Source: Eledone cirrhosa
Lineage: Eukaryota
Reading direction: 5' to 3'
Assembly: GCA_964016885.1 (NCBI GenBank)
Contig: OZ024741.1
Coordinates: 151,094,001 to 151,158,000, forward strand
Length of the DNA stretch: 64,000 nt
Below are positions 14,352-28,541 of this stretch, piece by piece (position 1 is the stretch's first letter; the number at the start of each line of letters is the position of its first letter). Under the pieces are notes generated by a model that saw nothing but the letters and a program-made list of their open reading frames with translations, searched no databases and was not told the DNA's origin. The position numbers and the translations under genes were made by a program.

Positions 14352-14560
14352 GTATATATATCGCCGGCTTATTTTCTCATTTTCCTCGTTTCTTCCTCTC
14401 ACCACGGTTTGCTTTCTCTATATCTTCTAATTCTAACTCTTCAGATGAAGGCTAATTCCGAAGTATTGAGAACACTTTTCTTGTTATATCAAGGGTAAAA
14501 CTAATATATTTCTATCATGTACTGTGTCGTTTGCTTTGTTATTTTTATTATTTCTGTTTA

Positions 14561-14628
<68 letters not shown>

Positions 14629-14863
14629 GCATATACTGTATGTAGTAGAGAGGGGCTGACGGCTGAATTCTTGCGAATACCTAGACTCGACTCTGGGATT
14701 TGCTGTCGAAATGGGAAGAGCTCAGCAGTTGGGCTGTGGCTGTACTATTTTTACACTCTACAATCCCAAGTATAAAGTATTCTGCTGAATTATGGACATA
14801 CTTTTTAAACTGGTATAATCCCGATCTCTCTCACTCTTTCTTTCTCACTATCTCTGTATATAT

Positions 14864-15553
14864 AAGCTTAGAAATATCCTAGATCCCTAGTAGACAACTG
14901 ATGAGGAGCCCCCCCCCTCCCCTCTGTTCTTGCTTTCTTCGTATTCCCACTGCATTTTAAGTTACCTTAAATAGCAACTTCACAGCCATTTCTATTCTCC
15001 ATATATTTCATCATGTGTTTCGCTGTGACCATTCTTCTCTCCCCTTTTACCTACCTTTCGCAGCTCTCTACCCTTACCCCTCTTTCTTCCTCTCCCTTTC
15101 TCCCTCTCAGTTTCACGCCCACCCCTCGCCTGACCGTTTAGCAGTTCTCTTCTCACTTACAACTGCGACCATCAGACGTGTGTCTTCTTTCTCTCGATTA
15201 CTCGGTCTCGAACTTAAGTTCTATTATCCAGTAGTCCTGGACCTCCTACCTATAGTTGCTCGCATATTGCTCGGTTTGTGTTTTTTTTCGCTGTTTTGTT
15301 ACTGTTTCTCTTTTCTTCCCCTTTGCTTTCCTTCCCTTCTTCCTTCGTTTTCCCAATAACTTATCCAGTTATTGACGCCCTGGGGTGAAGTGGTATCTTG
15401 TCTTTAAAGCGTAGAAATATCCTAGACGCCCAGTAGACAACTGATGAGGAACCCCCCCCCCCCCCCTGTTCTTGCTTTCTTCGTATTCCCACTGCATTTT
15501 AAGTTACAATAAATAGCAACTACACAGCCATTTCTATTCTCCATATATTTCAT
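14864..15553 (+). mobile_element. Retrozyme-like non-coding element: 543-nt unit bounded by ~147-nt direct repeats with a permuted hammerhead
   Basis: 14864-15011 repeats at 15407-15553 (offset 543). The interior is pyrimidine-rich and shares motifs with 58199-58811. It ends in (TA)n. Confidence 0.75.
15352..15450 (+). ncRNA. Non-circularly permuted (pseudoknotted) hammerhead-like RNA
   Basis: GGTA-TC-TTGTCT (15392-15403), GAAA-TATC (15414-15421), AGACAA-CTGATGA (15435-15447), outer stem CTGGG/CCCAG. Confidence 0.65.
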
Positions 15554-15741
15554 TATATATATATATATATATATATATTCATATATACATATATATATAT
15601 ACATATATATGTGTGTATATATGAATATATGTATATATATATATGTATATATGAATATATATATATGTATATATGAATATATATATATATAATGAAATAT
15701 ATATGAATATATATATATATAATGAAATATATGGAGAATAG

Positions 15742-15864
<123 letters not shown>

Positions 15865-16003
15865 GAGGTTATATTTAATTTGTTGGGATTCATCAAGCTT
15901 AAACATTTTTATAACTGATATAAAGCACTATCCTACGAATTTCAACCGTTGAGGTTGTCTTTTTTCCGGGTATGTCAATATTTATTTATAAAACAAATCT
16001 GTA

Positions 16004-16065
16004 TTTTATCTGATGAAAGTGCACCATAATTTACCTTGGTCGCCCTTGAAATATATATAATAAAA
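16004..16065 (+). ncRNA. Minimal type-I hammerhead within Penelope stub 15862-16110
   Basis: TTTTAT-CTGATGA-AAG...CTT-GAAA-TATATA-TA-ATAAAA. Confidence 0.75.
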
Positions 16066-16107
16066 TAATTATGGTTTTATAAATATAGTTTCCATTTACT
16101 AATATAT

Positions 16108-16191
<84 letters not shown>

Positions 16192-16497
16192 ACATTATTT
16201 ATGTAAGCGGACAGTACTTGATTTAGGAGTCGCAGAAACCCAAATGCTGGATTTTACCAACCTTCCAGGGGTCCGGGTAAATTTTCAATCATATATATTT
16301 TTATTTGTTTGACCCGAATTACTTGATCGTTTTTTTGGCTATGCGGATGATTGTTTAACCATCGTCTCAGTGTGTTTGGCCTTTAACGTTTGTTATAGCT
16401 CTGGTTCATCTGAATTATTGAGCACTTGCCACACATCTCGGAGGTTGTTTTTCGTTATTTCGTGGGCCGAAATGCGATTCTCGATAATTTATATTTG

Positions 16498-16582
<85 letters not shown>

Positions 16583-16708
16583 GTACATATATATATGTAC
16601 ATATATGTATCTATATATATTCCTAATACCCACTCTAGTACCCTAAGTATTGAGTACTCTGGTGCGTTATGGTCCATCTGGTTCCTTACCACAACTCCTT
16701 CGTTATAA

Positions 16709-16736
<28 letters not shown>

Positions 16737-16741
<5 letters not shown>

Positions 16742-16889
16742 TTGCTCGCACTGATTTTAGGTATCTAGTCTTTAATGCGAAGAAATACCAATGATAATCA
16801 GCAGACTACTGATAATGGACAATCCTGTTTCTCGGTCTATTTTCATTCATATGTTCACATTCGCAACAACGCAGCACGCCATTTTTTCA

Positions 16890-16893
<4 letters not shown>
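16737..16893 (+). mobile_element. Partial copy of the permuted-hammerhead element
   Basis: CTGATT...GGTATC-TAGTCT-TTAATGCGAA-GAAA-TACC...AATCAG-C-AGACTA-CTGATAA. Flanked by (TA)n. Confidence 0.7.
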
Positions 16894-16953
<60 letters not shown>

Positions 16954-17659
16954 TCTATTCGGCTTCCATCAGCTCCGACGGCTAGTTTTCCAGTTCAGTC
17001 GCTCAATGTGACATCCTCTTCATGAAATGAACGTGCAAGTGGCTGATCAGTCCAGAGACACATGCACGCTTAACGTAGTCGCCAGGGAGATTTCAGCATG
17101 ACATATGATGTGACAAGGCTGGCCCTTTGAATTACACGTACAACAATGTTTTGGAAGCTAATTTGGTTGGAGCAACGTGAAATAAAATATCTTGCTGAAG
17201 CCTACGAAACACCGCCAGTAAACAAACTCACAAACTCACGGCCTTACAACCTTATCTTAGCCCCCCAATCCACATGACTTCACAAGACAAACAGTTATAC
17301 ATACATAAATCCCACCCATACACACACACATACGTTCTCTCACAAACAGATGTATATACACACACATACCTACACACTTATATATTATACTTAATCCTAA
17401 TTTTCCTCACATTAAACGTATACATATAAATTTCTCTATAGTGGTTTCAGTCAAAAGAATGGCGATACTAGGACACTAGCTTCAAGCAATGTAGTCAAAT
17501 AAATCAATCACAGTAGGTAATTGGTTGCAAGTTTAATACTTATTTTATCGAACTCTTTGCATGTATGCATGCATGCATGCATGTATGTATGTATGTATGT
17601 ATGTATGTATGTTTGTATGTATGTATGTATGTATGTATGCACGTATGTATGTATGTATG

Positions 17660-18131
17660 TCAGGTCCCTCTTGATGAATGCTACTGGTAACATGTAACCC
17701 AGTACAACCTGTCTCATGGTCGGGTCGTCGGCACTAAATCGGCAACCCCACCAAGGTAACTTGGTGAGGAGGGTCATATTTGGACACCCTGCGGGATAAA
17801 ATACAAGACTCAGCAAAGGGCGGAGGAACTTAGCAGAGTCAACGGCCATCTAAATAGTACTTTTTTTTTTCACCTGGGAGTGAAAGGTCCCCAGTTGTTA
17901 TGACGACACCTCTCTAAGAGAGGGGAAACTCTGGGAAGAAAAAAAGCGGCTTCGGAAGCATCCGATGATGTTGACAATTCTCCATTTCGGGTAGTGTTTT
18001 CGATGCTCAGAGAGTGGGATCGGTCGAGTGAAAGACTTTTCCCCACTTAAAAACCCTTCAAAGGACGGGCATTGCGTGTTCAGAATCTGTTATAAGCGAT
18101 TTCGATACTCTTAGCAAGTCTGCAGCCATCA
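17660..18131 (+). mobile_element. Short non-autonomous element with RTE-type 5'UTR, in (TATG)n
   Basis: Similar to 18996-19350 and 53317-53652 (GGGAGTGAA...CCGATGATGTTGA...GCAGCCATCAT). The RTE assignment is by resemblance. Confidence 0.5.
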
Positions 18132-18854
18132 TGTATGTATGTATGTATTGGTTACGTGTTGGGATGGCAGTTAAAAAATCCTAAAATGTTTATCATACAA
18201 TAGAAAGGGAGTCCATCTCAACCTTTCGTTATCATATTTGTAATGAAAGATACTGCTTCTTACTTTCAAATCAGTTTGGAAATAATCAAGAATCTGAAGG
18301 AATTTAATGTAACTAGTATTCTTTAAGTTAGTGTTTAGAACATAACAAAGGTATGTATATATATATATGTATATATATGTATGTATGTATGTATGAATCT
18401 ATGCATGTATGTATGTATGTATGGATATATGTGTGTATGTTACGTATGTATGTATGTGTGTATGTTATGAATGTATGTGTGCATGTATGTTATGTATGTA
18501 TGTGTGTGTATTTTCTTCTGGTTTTATAATTTCACAAAATATTTGCCAATAGAGAGAGAGCTGGTTTCTAGCATAGGTACAAGACGCTCTCATTGGAATT
18601 TACACAACATCAACTAGGTAGATACGTATACATGTCTGCATGCATGCATCTGTGTGCAGTATAGATGTTATTGTATGTGTGGATGTGGAAGTTTTCAGTT
18701 GTATGTGTGCATTTACATATGCTTTGTATCTGTACAAGTGTATATGCAGTTATTAGATGCAGAATTTTTGGAATGTTTATTATTCCATTAATGGCTTGTA
18801 CTTGTAATTTCCTGTTGTATGTATGTATGTATGTATGTATGTTATTATTTTATA

Positions 18855-18994
18855 GGGCGGTGGATTGGCAGTATCGGTAGAGGGTCGGACGCCATGCTTT
18901 GCAGCACAGTTACGTCCCTTTACGGACTGAGTTCAAAACCCGCCGATGTTAACTTTGCCTTTCATCCTTAAGGGGTCGATAAAATAAAATACCA
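18855..18994 (+). mobile_element. tRNA-derived SINE
   Basis: A-box-like TGGCAGTATCGG and B-box-like GAGTTCAAAAC, followed by GCCTTTCATCC...GGGGTCGATAAAATAAA. Confidence 0.8.
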
Positions 18995-18995
18995 T

Positions 18996-19350
18996 GCGCG
19001 GCGACATAGAAATAATCGGGCTGGATACCCGATCGCGCCGTTAATCCACTGGGAGTGAAGGACCTCTAGACTTTGTCAGGGCATTCTTCTAGGAAAAGGC
19101 AACTCAGGGAACTGGGATAACTCCAACATAAAACCGGCGGCTCAGTAGTTACCGATGATGTTGATCTTTTCTTCTTTTCGGGTTATAGCTATTGTCGCTC
19201 ATAGAGTTGGATTGGTTCAGTACACAGTCTTTCCTCACTTAAAAAAATATCTTCACGCACAGGCATTGCACGATAGCATTAATTAATAATTATTAATAAT
19301 AGTATATCGTGCAATGGCCATACTCAATAACGAGGGGGAAGCCATCATCA
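18996..19350 (+). mobile_element. Short RTE-related non-autonomous element (near-identical copy at 53317-53652)
   Basis: Two ~340-bp copies with the same start (GCGCGG.GACATAG) and end (GCCATCAT). Confidence 0.6.
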
Positions 19351-20048
19351 TGTATGTATGTATGTTCCCTTAACTTTTGCTGAAGTCGTAGGAGCACCGT
19401 AGTGAAGTATGGCATGTCTTAAGCATTTTGAACTTATCGGAGACCATCTTCGCCTCGTGTCTGAAAACAGCTGATTTCTTCTAGAGAAGAGATAGAGAAA
19501 AACACTACAGGACTGGCCTTTCTTTTATCAGCTTGAAAAGAATGAAACCCAAAGTTGATCTCAGTAGGTTTTGAACTAAGAAACTAAGAACACATCGAAC
19601 CGGAACGAACACCGTAAAGCATTCTATCCGAGATTCTAGGGACTCTGCCTATTCAGCGCCTATAACAAAGAAATTTACCTAAAATTACGATGGGGTGATT
19701 TTAGATATAATAAAGTAGTTTTGTATCAGAAGCAAATGTAGCTTCAGGCTGTTTCGTAGAAAAGGGTTAAAGCAACCATTCCGGATCTGAATTTCATATT
19801 ACTGCATAGAGACAAAACGATTTATAAAGACAATTTATTATCAATGAAATACGGGTTAAATTAATCCAGCTTATTAACTCATTTCCTTTTCTACCGTTTA
19901 ATGTCTACATATAAGCGTGAATTTGTGGTTAAAGAATTCTCTTGCAGCCACATCGTTTATAGGTTTAATCTCCTTGTTGGCAAATTGCCTGTGAGTGAAA
20001 TATGGCATATATAATATAATATAATATAATATAATATAATATAATATA

Positions 20049-20129
<81 letters not shown>

Positions 20130-20629
20130 CTGTATTGTTGTATGTGTCCTGCAATTTAACACTTCGACAAAAAGCGATCGATAAAATATGAACCAGACTT
20201 GAAAGTAAAACAAGTACTTGGATCGATACGTCATTTAAAATTTAGTGTCGGTACACCACAATGGGCGTAGTCCTATGAGTGAAGCCATTAAATGAATGGA
20301 AGAAGAAAAATAACCATAATATCAAGGGCGTTGCCCCAGCATGGCCTCAGCTGGATGGCTGGAACAGGTAAACGAGTAAAAGAGTATAAAAAGAAAACAA
20401 GCAAACGAGAGTCCATGTGGCCGGTTATTCGGCCTGCTAAAATAACAGCTAAATTCCAATTAACAGACATCCAACATGAACCAGCAACAAGAAGCATAAA
20501 CAGCTTGGTCACTCAATCTGCTAGAAAGAACATTGAAACTAGCCTCGTATCCTACATTGTCTTAAAAAACAGAATCCTTAGAAAATGTAGTCTTAGATAC
20601 TCTTTGTCTGAAAAAAATATGGGACTGTA

Positions 20630-21140
20630 ACAACAGTAACAACTTTGTCAACAGCAAAAACAACAGCAGCAACGATAACAACAACAACAACAACCACGAC
20701 GACGACGACGATGACAACAACAAAATTAACAATAGCAACAACAACGACAACATTAACAACAACAACAACAACATCAACCACAAAAGTAACATCAACACAA
20801 CATCAATAACAACAACAACAACAACAACAACAAAGGCATAAACAATAGCAACGAGAAAATGACAACAGCAACATCAACGACAACAACAACAGCAATAACA
20901 ACAACAACAACATTAACCGCAACAACAACGACATCAACAACAAGAGTAACGTCAACACAACATCAATAACGAGAACAACAACAACAATAACAAAAACAGC
21001 AACAAGAGAATGGTAACAACAGCAACAACAACAACAACAACAACAACTATAACAACAACAACGACAACAACGACGGCATTAGTAACAACAATAAATTAGC
21101 GAAAAACACAACAGAAAGAAACATTAAAACAAACAACACA
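20630..21140. repeat. (AAC)n degenerate microsatellite
   Basis: Direct reading. Confidence 0.9.
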
Positions 21141-21317
21141 ATTATGAATGTAGAAATAGCAAAGAATTAAATGAGAGCTTACCTTTTTGTATACATTTGT
21201 AAACCTAGCCAACCTGACTGAGTTCCACCGAGGAACAACATTAAAGTAACATTTGTTGATAAGACGGATGTACCGATATGATATCCGGTAATGAGAGAGA
21301 TAAATAGATAGATAGGT

Positions 21318-21362
<45 letters not shown>

Positions 21363-21855
21363 AAGAGAGAGAGAGAGGGGGGGGGAGAGAGAGAGAGAGA
21401 GGTAAAAAGAAAATAATTATGGGAGAAAGAGAGGGGTGACCAGATGGAATAAGAGAGAGAGGGAGAGAAAGAGGGAGAGAAACAGAGAGAGTGAGAGTGA
21501 GAGGGAGAGAAATAGAGGGAAAGAGCGCATATAACAGGGTGAGATAATAATAATTAAAGGTTGAGAGAATAGAGTAAAGGTGCATGAAATATTGGTGGGT
21601 AGTGTTCATGTAGAGGGTATTGTAGTTAATAAGGTTGTCGGTGTCGGAATGATGTTGGTGCTGGAGGGTGGTTTTGGTGTAATGGTGGTCGTATTGGCAG
21701 TGTTAGTAGCGTTGGTTTTCTTGCTGTTTGTGGTGGTGGAGTTGGTCGAAGGTAGTGGTGGTAGCTGTTTAGTTCTGGTATTTGAAGTACAGGTATTTCG
21801 AAATGCCATTGTGTGAAGGTATTGTTAAATACATACACGTATACAGCCACCCCTC

Positions 21856-21929
<74 letters not shown>

Positions 21930-22701
21930 GTGTGTTTGTGTGCGTGTGTGTGTGTGTATACACGTATGCACACAAACACACACTAACGCATGCACGCAGA
22001 CGGACGCATACATACACACACGCATATATATAAATAATACCGATAGAGTTTAAGCATAAGTATATAAATATATTGATTTTTAACATCTACACAAATATTG
22101 TCCCTTACTGACACCACCAGGCCAACTTGTGACCCCTTGGTGAACTCCTTGACAACCACACTATTATAGAAGTTTCGTACTAAAATATGAAGGTGATTTT
22201 CCGTTACCTTTGATAGTGTGTTTCTTGCAAGAGACCATCTTGTCAGAAAAGTTCGCCTCACTTACCTTGCCACTCACAACATAAAGTGCCAGAACAAATA
22301 CCTAAAATAACATTCATTAATTTTTTCTCTAGATAATGAGTGACCATAGCAACGCCAGGGTTATGCACAGAAAAGCACTACGCAGATACACCACAAAGAT
22401 ACACCCCCACTGTCATATATATAGACTTACAAACCTATCCACACAGTTATCTACACTAAGATATATACACACCCAAATCTGTGCATATATGCACAACCTA
22501 CTATCATATATACAGACTCAAACACGCACATATAAATATTCTTGTAATATTTTACTGACCTCAATTTGTCGTGGACGCAGGAATGGCTGAGTGGTTAAGA
22601 AGTTTATTATTGAAGATATATAATCAAATGGCTTCATATATAACACGACATATTAGGTACTAAATACATATCTTATGGTGCCTATATGTAAATATATATA
22701 A

Positions 22702-23697
22702 ATGGAAAAATGAAATCTCATTTCTCACTCTTAGTACGGCTGATACTTAAATATAAGTATGTATACGTACATACATATATGTATACAGACGTACAGTAGT
22801 ATGTATATACATACATGCACACATATATATATATGTACGTATGGGTTTACAGAAGATTTATTATAATGCTCGTTTTTTTTGTAAACAAACAGAACGAATT
22901 ATTAACCGTACAGTGTTCGGCAACCATCGTTGCCATTTTGTTCAACACTGACAAAGGAACGATGAACTAGTTTCTAGCTTATTAGCTGTCATCAGCACCG
23001 TATACCTTCCTGTCAGGCAATTGAACGTTTGAAAGTATATACTTTCCTTATGCATATTAACGGCTGAGCAGCCTAATTTGCATATCGAGTGAGTTAGTCG
23101 GCCGGGGGTACCGAAAACGATACATGGAAAAATGAAATTTCATTTCTCACTCTTAGTACGGCTGATACTTAAATATAAGTATGTATACGTACATACATAT
23201 ATGTATACAACCGTACAGTAGTATGTGTATACATGCATACATGCACTGTACGTCATATATCTATGTACGTATACATACTTATATTTAAGTATCAGCCGTA
23301 CTAAGAGTGAGAAATGAAATTTCATTTTTCCATTTATCGTTTTCGGTACGCCCGGCCGACTCTAACAAATTAGGCTGCTCAGCCGTTAATATGCATAAGG
23401 AAAGTATATACTTTCAAACGTTCAATTGACTGACAGGAAGGTATACGGTGATGATGACAGCTAATAAGCTAGAAACTAGTTCATCGTTCCTATATCAGTG
23501 TTGAACAAAATGGCAACGATGGTTGCCGAACACTGTACGGCTAATAATTCGGGCTGTTTGTTTACAAACAAACCGAGCATTATGATAAATGTTCGGTAAA
23601 TCTATACGTACATATATATAAATATATGTGTGCATTTATGTATATACATACTACTGTACGTCTGTATACATATATGTTTGTACGTATACATACTTAT
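22702..23697. mobile_element. 422-bp hammerhead-containing unit in partial tandem plus an inverted copy
   Basis: The unit start recurs at 22702 and 23124. Inverted arm is ~23255-23697. Hammerheads at 22960-23000 (minus) and ~23446-23486 (plus, C3 mutated). Confidence 0.8.
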
Positions 23698-23703
23698 ATA
23701 TAT

Positions 23704-23798
<95 letters not shown>

Positions 23799-24078
23799 CA
23801 AGTGTGTTTAGAAGACGTCGGTAATTTGAAAATGTAATTAGCAGCTTTCGCCCTATTTATGACTACAAAAATAATCTAATTACAGGACCTATAAGCCTCG
23901 AGAAGGGAAACAAGTGGGCATCGGTACACAGGTTGGTGCATCGGCTAACCCATTTATCTGACAATAAGAATTGTGGATTCAATTCTCCCGCGTGCTGATG
24001 TTCTGGGGTAGGGGGCTTGTATGCCCTGTTATTAAACTATTTTCTGTTTATAAAAATATGGCTACTAATTGAATTTTC

Positions 24079-24321
<243 letters not shown>

Positions 24322-24431
24322 CATATATAGTAATATTAATAAATGTGAAGACTAAAATCCGAAAAGGCCTCGATAAAAAGATCCCGTTAAGGGTGAAAGC
24401 AGCAATTCTTTGCTTAAACTTTAATCTGTTA

Positions 24432-24486
<55 letters not shown>

Positions 24487-24939
24487 TTCAAGAGTAACCA
24501 ATCTTAAAGAGAGAGATGGAGATAGGAGAGGAGATATGAGAGGAGAGATTGGTGAATTAGTTAGAAACCAAAGCGTAAAGGCATGTGCTCAATGTGCAAT
24601 ATGCAGTAGAAAGCAGCTAGGTGGCTGGGTTCATGAAGAAGTTAGGTGTGAAGAGCAGGAAATATTCATTAGTGAAGCAAAACAAGACCACAAATTCCAC
24701 AAGGAAGACATTATTAAAAGATTGTCAACATATTTTAGTTTTTTGTAAGGAATGTAGAGAATAATAATAATAATATTAATAATAATAATGTCCGTTTACA
24801 ATTGTTTCGCTACTCCATATAATATTTCTGGGTCAGATGACTATATATCATAATTGATCTGGTTCAGTTGAAAATAATTAACATATTTAAAAAACAGAGC
24901 GGCTCATCGGAGCTTCAAAGGAATATAAATTAAAATAAT

Positions 24940-25114
24940 TGTTTCTACTTTAGGCACAAGGCCAGCAATTACCCAGTGCATTACTGGTACTTTAATTTAT
25001 CGACCCCGTAAGGATGGAAGGCAAAGTCAACCTCGGCGGGATTTGAACTCAGATCGTAAAGGGACGTAACTATGCTGGAAAGCATGGCATCCGACCCTCT
25101 ACCGATACTGCCAA
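24940..25114 (-). mobile_element. tRNA-derived SINE
   Basis: Reverse complement of the 25831-26015 family. TAAAATAAT lies on both sides. Confidence 0.8.
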
Positions 25115-25830
25115 TAAAATAATGAGAGAATGTTACATAATATAATGTTCCATATATTGGTTTTTCACTATGGTGTCTTGGTTGCATCAGTTGTCAGCCA
25201 TAATCAAGCAGTATTCATCTGTCGAGGCTGCATTGTGTGAGATCTGCCTATGGGTAACAAGATGGCTGCCAAAGGACATTTTTACCTTACTAATTAGTGG
25301 GTGGTTTCAGGAGAAGTAACTCCTCGAGAGATTAGAAATTGTGGGTAGTTTATAGTTAAGTGCAAATTTTTAATTTTTTTAATTGAGAGACAATGTAGGG
25401 GAGGTAACTTATAATTATCTAAGTTAGTCATAGCTATTTAACTTATTAGCTACAAGTAAAAATGGGGCTAGATGACTAAGTTGGGTCAAATATTCTATTG
25501 GCAAAGGAATTAGCCCTTAGATGTTGACAGCTAATAGTTACCTCCGTTCTATAGTTAATCGGTAGAGGTCGTGATAGAGTTATGTAATATGCTTCTGTAA
25601 TACAGAGATAACAAGATTTTCTTCGTCCATTGAACGGTTGGGCCCTAGCCACGATATCCCATGTTAGTGTGTTGAACGTTGCTTAATTTAAGGTTTTTAA
25701 TGAGCCTAACTAGCGATGTCGAACATCTGTTGCTAGGGTCTCGGAAGGTAGTGATTTAATCAAGGTACCTTGATTAAATCTTAACCATTTAACATCTCAG
25801 GGTATGTCATGTATCATTATATTTTGTCTG

Positions 25831-26015
25831 GCGGCGGATTGGCAGTATTGGTAGAGGCTCGAACGCCATGCATTGACGCATAGAGTTACGGCCCTTGCCA
25901 TTCTGAGTTCAAATTCCACCGAGGTTAACTTTGCCTTTCATTCTTACGGGGTCGATAAAATAAAGAACCAGTAATACACTGGGTAATTGCTGGCCTTGTG
26001 CCTAACGTAGAAACA
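25831..26015 (+). mobile_element. Full-length tRNA-derived SINE with 15-bp TSD
   Basis: TSD ATTATATTTTGTCTG at 25816-25830 and 26016-26030. An empty-site paralog lies at 32062-32215. Confidence 0.9.
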
Positions 26016-26020
26016 ATTAT

Positions 26021-26073
26021 ATTTTGTCTGATGAGGATGTACTGTTGTAAATCCGAAATATGTATAATAAAAT
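26021..26073 (+). ncRNA. Minimal type-I hammerhead
   Basis: ATTTTGT-CTGATGA-GGATGTAC-TGTT-GTAAATCC-GAAA-TATGTA-TA-ATAAAAT. Confidence 0.8.
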
Positions 26074-26198
26074 GTAATTGATCAAAAGAACATCTATTTT
26101 ATTAATACTTATATTTTAATATATATATATAAATATAAATAATATTATATATATATATATAATATATAAATATAAATAATATATATATAATATATATA

Positions 26199-26246
<48 letters not shown>

Positions 26247-26399
26247 GTACGTCAATACTCATCTTTTTCCATTTCTCCGAGGGTTCTTAACCCCACTATC
26301 AGGCTAAATAATTTCTTTAATTACTTAAGTCAAAATACGGCGATAGCTTACATTTCTAATAATTTCAAACCAACTCGCTGTTTCGAAAATATTCTTACT

Positions 26400-26463
<64 letters not shown>

Positions 26464-26465
<2 letters not shown>

Positions 26466-26667
26466 TCCAGAGTTGACATTGCACTCAGTGCTCCTTTGGG
26501 AGCCCCTACATGGACACACTAGAAGAGGAAGACCAAGGTTAACATATGTTGATGCCCTAAGGACAGACACTGGTCTGTTGGAGATGCAGGATATGGCAGC
26601 GATAATGAGGGACAGAGACCGCTGGAGAGAACTCGTCCATGGATCTCGGGAATTTTACCCGCCTTAG
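26464..26667 (+). pseudogene. RTE-clade LINE C-terminal fragment inserted in (TA)n
   Basis: LLWEPLHGHTRRGRPRLTYVDALRTDTG...MRDRDRWRELV is a typical RTE ORF C-terminus. Confidence 0.75.
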
Positions 26668-27087
26668 ATATATATATATATATATATACATACAGATAAT
26701 ACACGTGTGTGTGGGTGCATGTGTGTAGCGTGATATCGATTCTCGAGGTTCTGGCCATTTGTTTACGTGCTGTAATGATTGAGTTATTAAGATTGCAATC
26801 TTCTGGTTTTTGCTTCTCTCAGCATTTGTCACGATGTTTCAGAAATAACTTCTAATTTTTCTCTCATATATATACAAATATATTTCATATATATATATAA
26901 GTTTCATTGTCCACCCTAGGCCACCATGTTACGGTTTTCATTTGGGTCGTTGTGTACCCTGACACACACACATATATACATACAAACACGCACACACACA
27001 CACATATATATATATGTGTGTGTGTGTGTGTGTATGCATATACATATTTATATATGCATGCAGGCATATACACCTACCTATGTGTTC

Positions 27088-27126
<39 letters not shown>

Positions 27127-27234
27127 TATATATATATACGCATATATATATATACATATGCATATATATGTATATATATATGCATATGTATATATAAATA
27201 TATATGTATCTCTACATATGTATATTTACATATG

Positions 27235-27267
<33 letters not shown>

Positions 27268-27391
27268 GTATGTATATATATATAACACTAGAGGTGTGTA
27301 TATATGTATGTATATATATATATATATATATAAATATATATATATATGTATATATACATATCTATATATATATAGACATATGTATATATAT

Positions 27392-27428
<37 letters not shown>

Positions 27429-27461
27429 TATATATATATACATATATATATTTATATATAC

Positions 27462-27496
<35 letters not shown>

Positions 27497-27513
27497 TACA
27501 TATATATATGTAC

Positions 27514-27603
<90 letters not shown>

Positions 27604-28449
27604 GTCTAGTGTTTTCATGTGAGATAATCTATTTTGGCACGCCGCCGTTTTATATGCGATGTTTTTCTTTTATTTTCCGTCGCTCTCGTCTTGATTACGA
27701 TTATCGTTTGTTCTCTTCATTCCACCATGAAACCTATTTATCTTCTTAGTTACTTCCACGTTATCTTGCAAATATCGTATTTCTATCCCTTACTCTAGCA
27801 TCTTTGGTTTCATCTCCATTTTTTTTGCTATCTTTTACATTCGGTTGCCGTTGTCGTTACTGTTGCTGTTTTTGCTGCTATTGTTGTTGCAATTGTTGCT
27901 ATTGTTGTTTGGTTTCCCGTTCAGGCGTGCTTCAGCAAAACTATGATCAAAGATGCCGTATAATCATACTATTTTTTGTGTGTTCGACCTTCATCGGTTC
28001 ATATGATATTCGTTCCAATTGTTCGAAATACAGAAGATTCCGCTCATGCAATTAGTATACTAGTAGCTGAGTATCTTCTCTTTTAACGTAGAGATATTCA
28101 TTGTGACACAGTGTGCGGCAAAGTTGGACTTTTGAACAGTTTCAATATATGTTTTTCCAATAAGAGGACTGATGCATGGCGAGATATAATGTATTGCTCA
28201 AGGACATAACACTCACGGCCTTACGATCGTAGCCGAAGTCACTCACCACTTAGCCACACACCATCACCTCATAATTTATACGAACGTAGGGCATCGATTC
28301 ATTCACAGACCCTAAATTCAGTTCCAAACACTCTTGAAGTCTTCTTCTTCTTCTTCTTCTTCTTCTTCTTCTTCTTCTCCGAGAGAGATGGGGGGGTAAG
28401 AGAGAGAGAGAGAGAAAGATAGGGGACAGAGAGAGAGAGAAAGAAAGAA

Positions 28450-28541
<92 letters not shown>

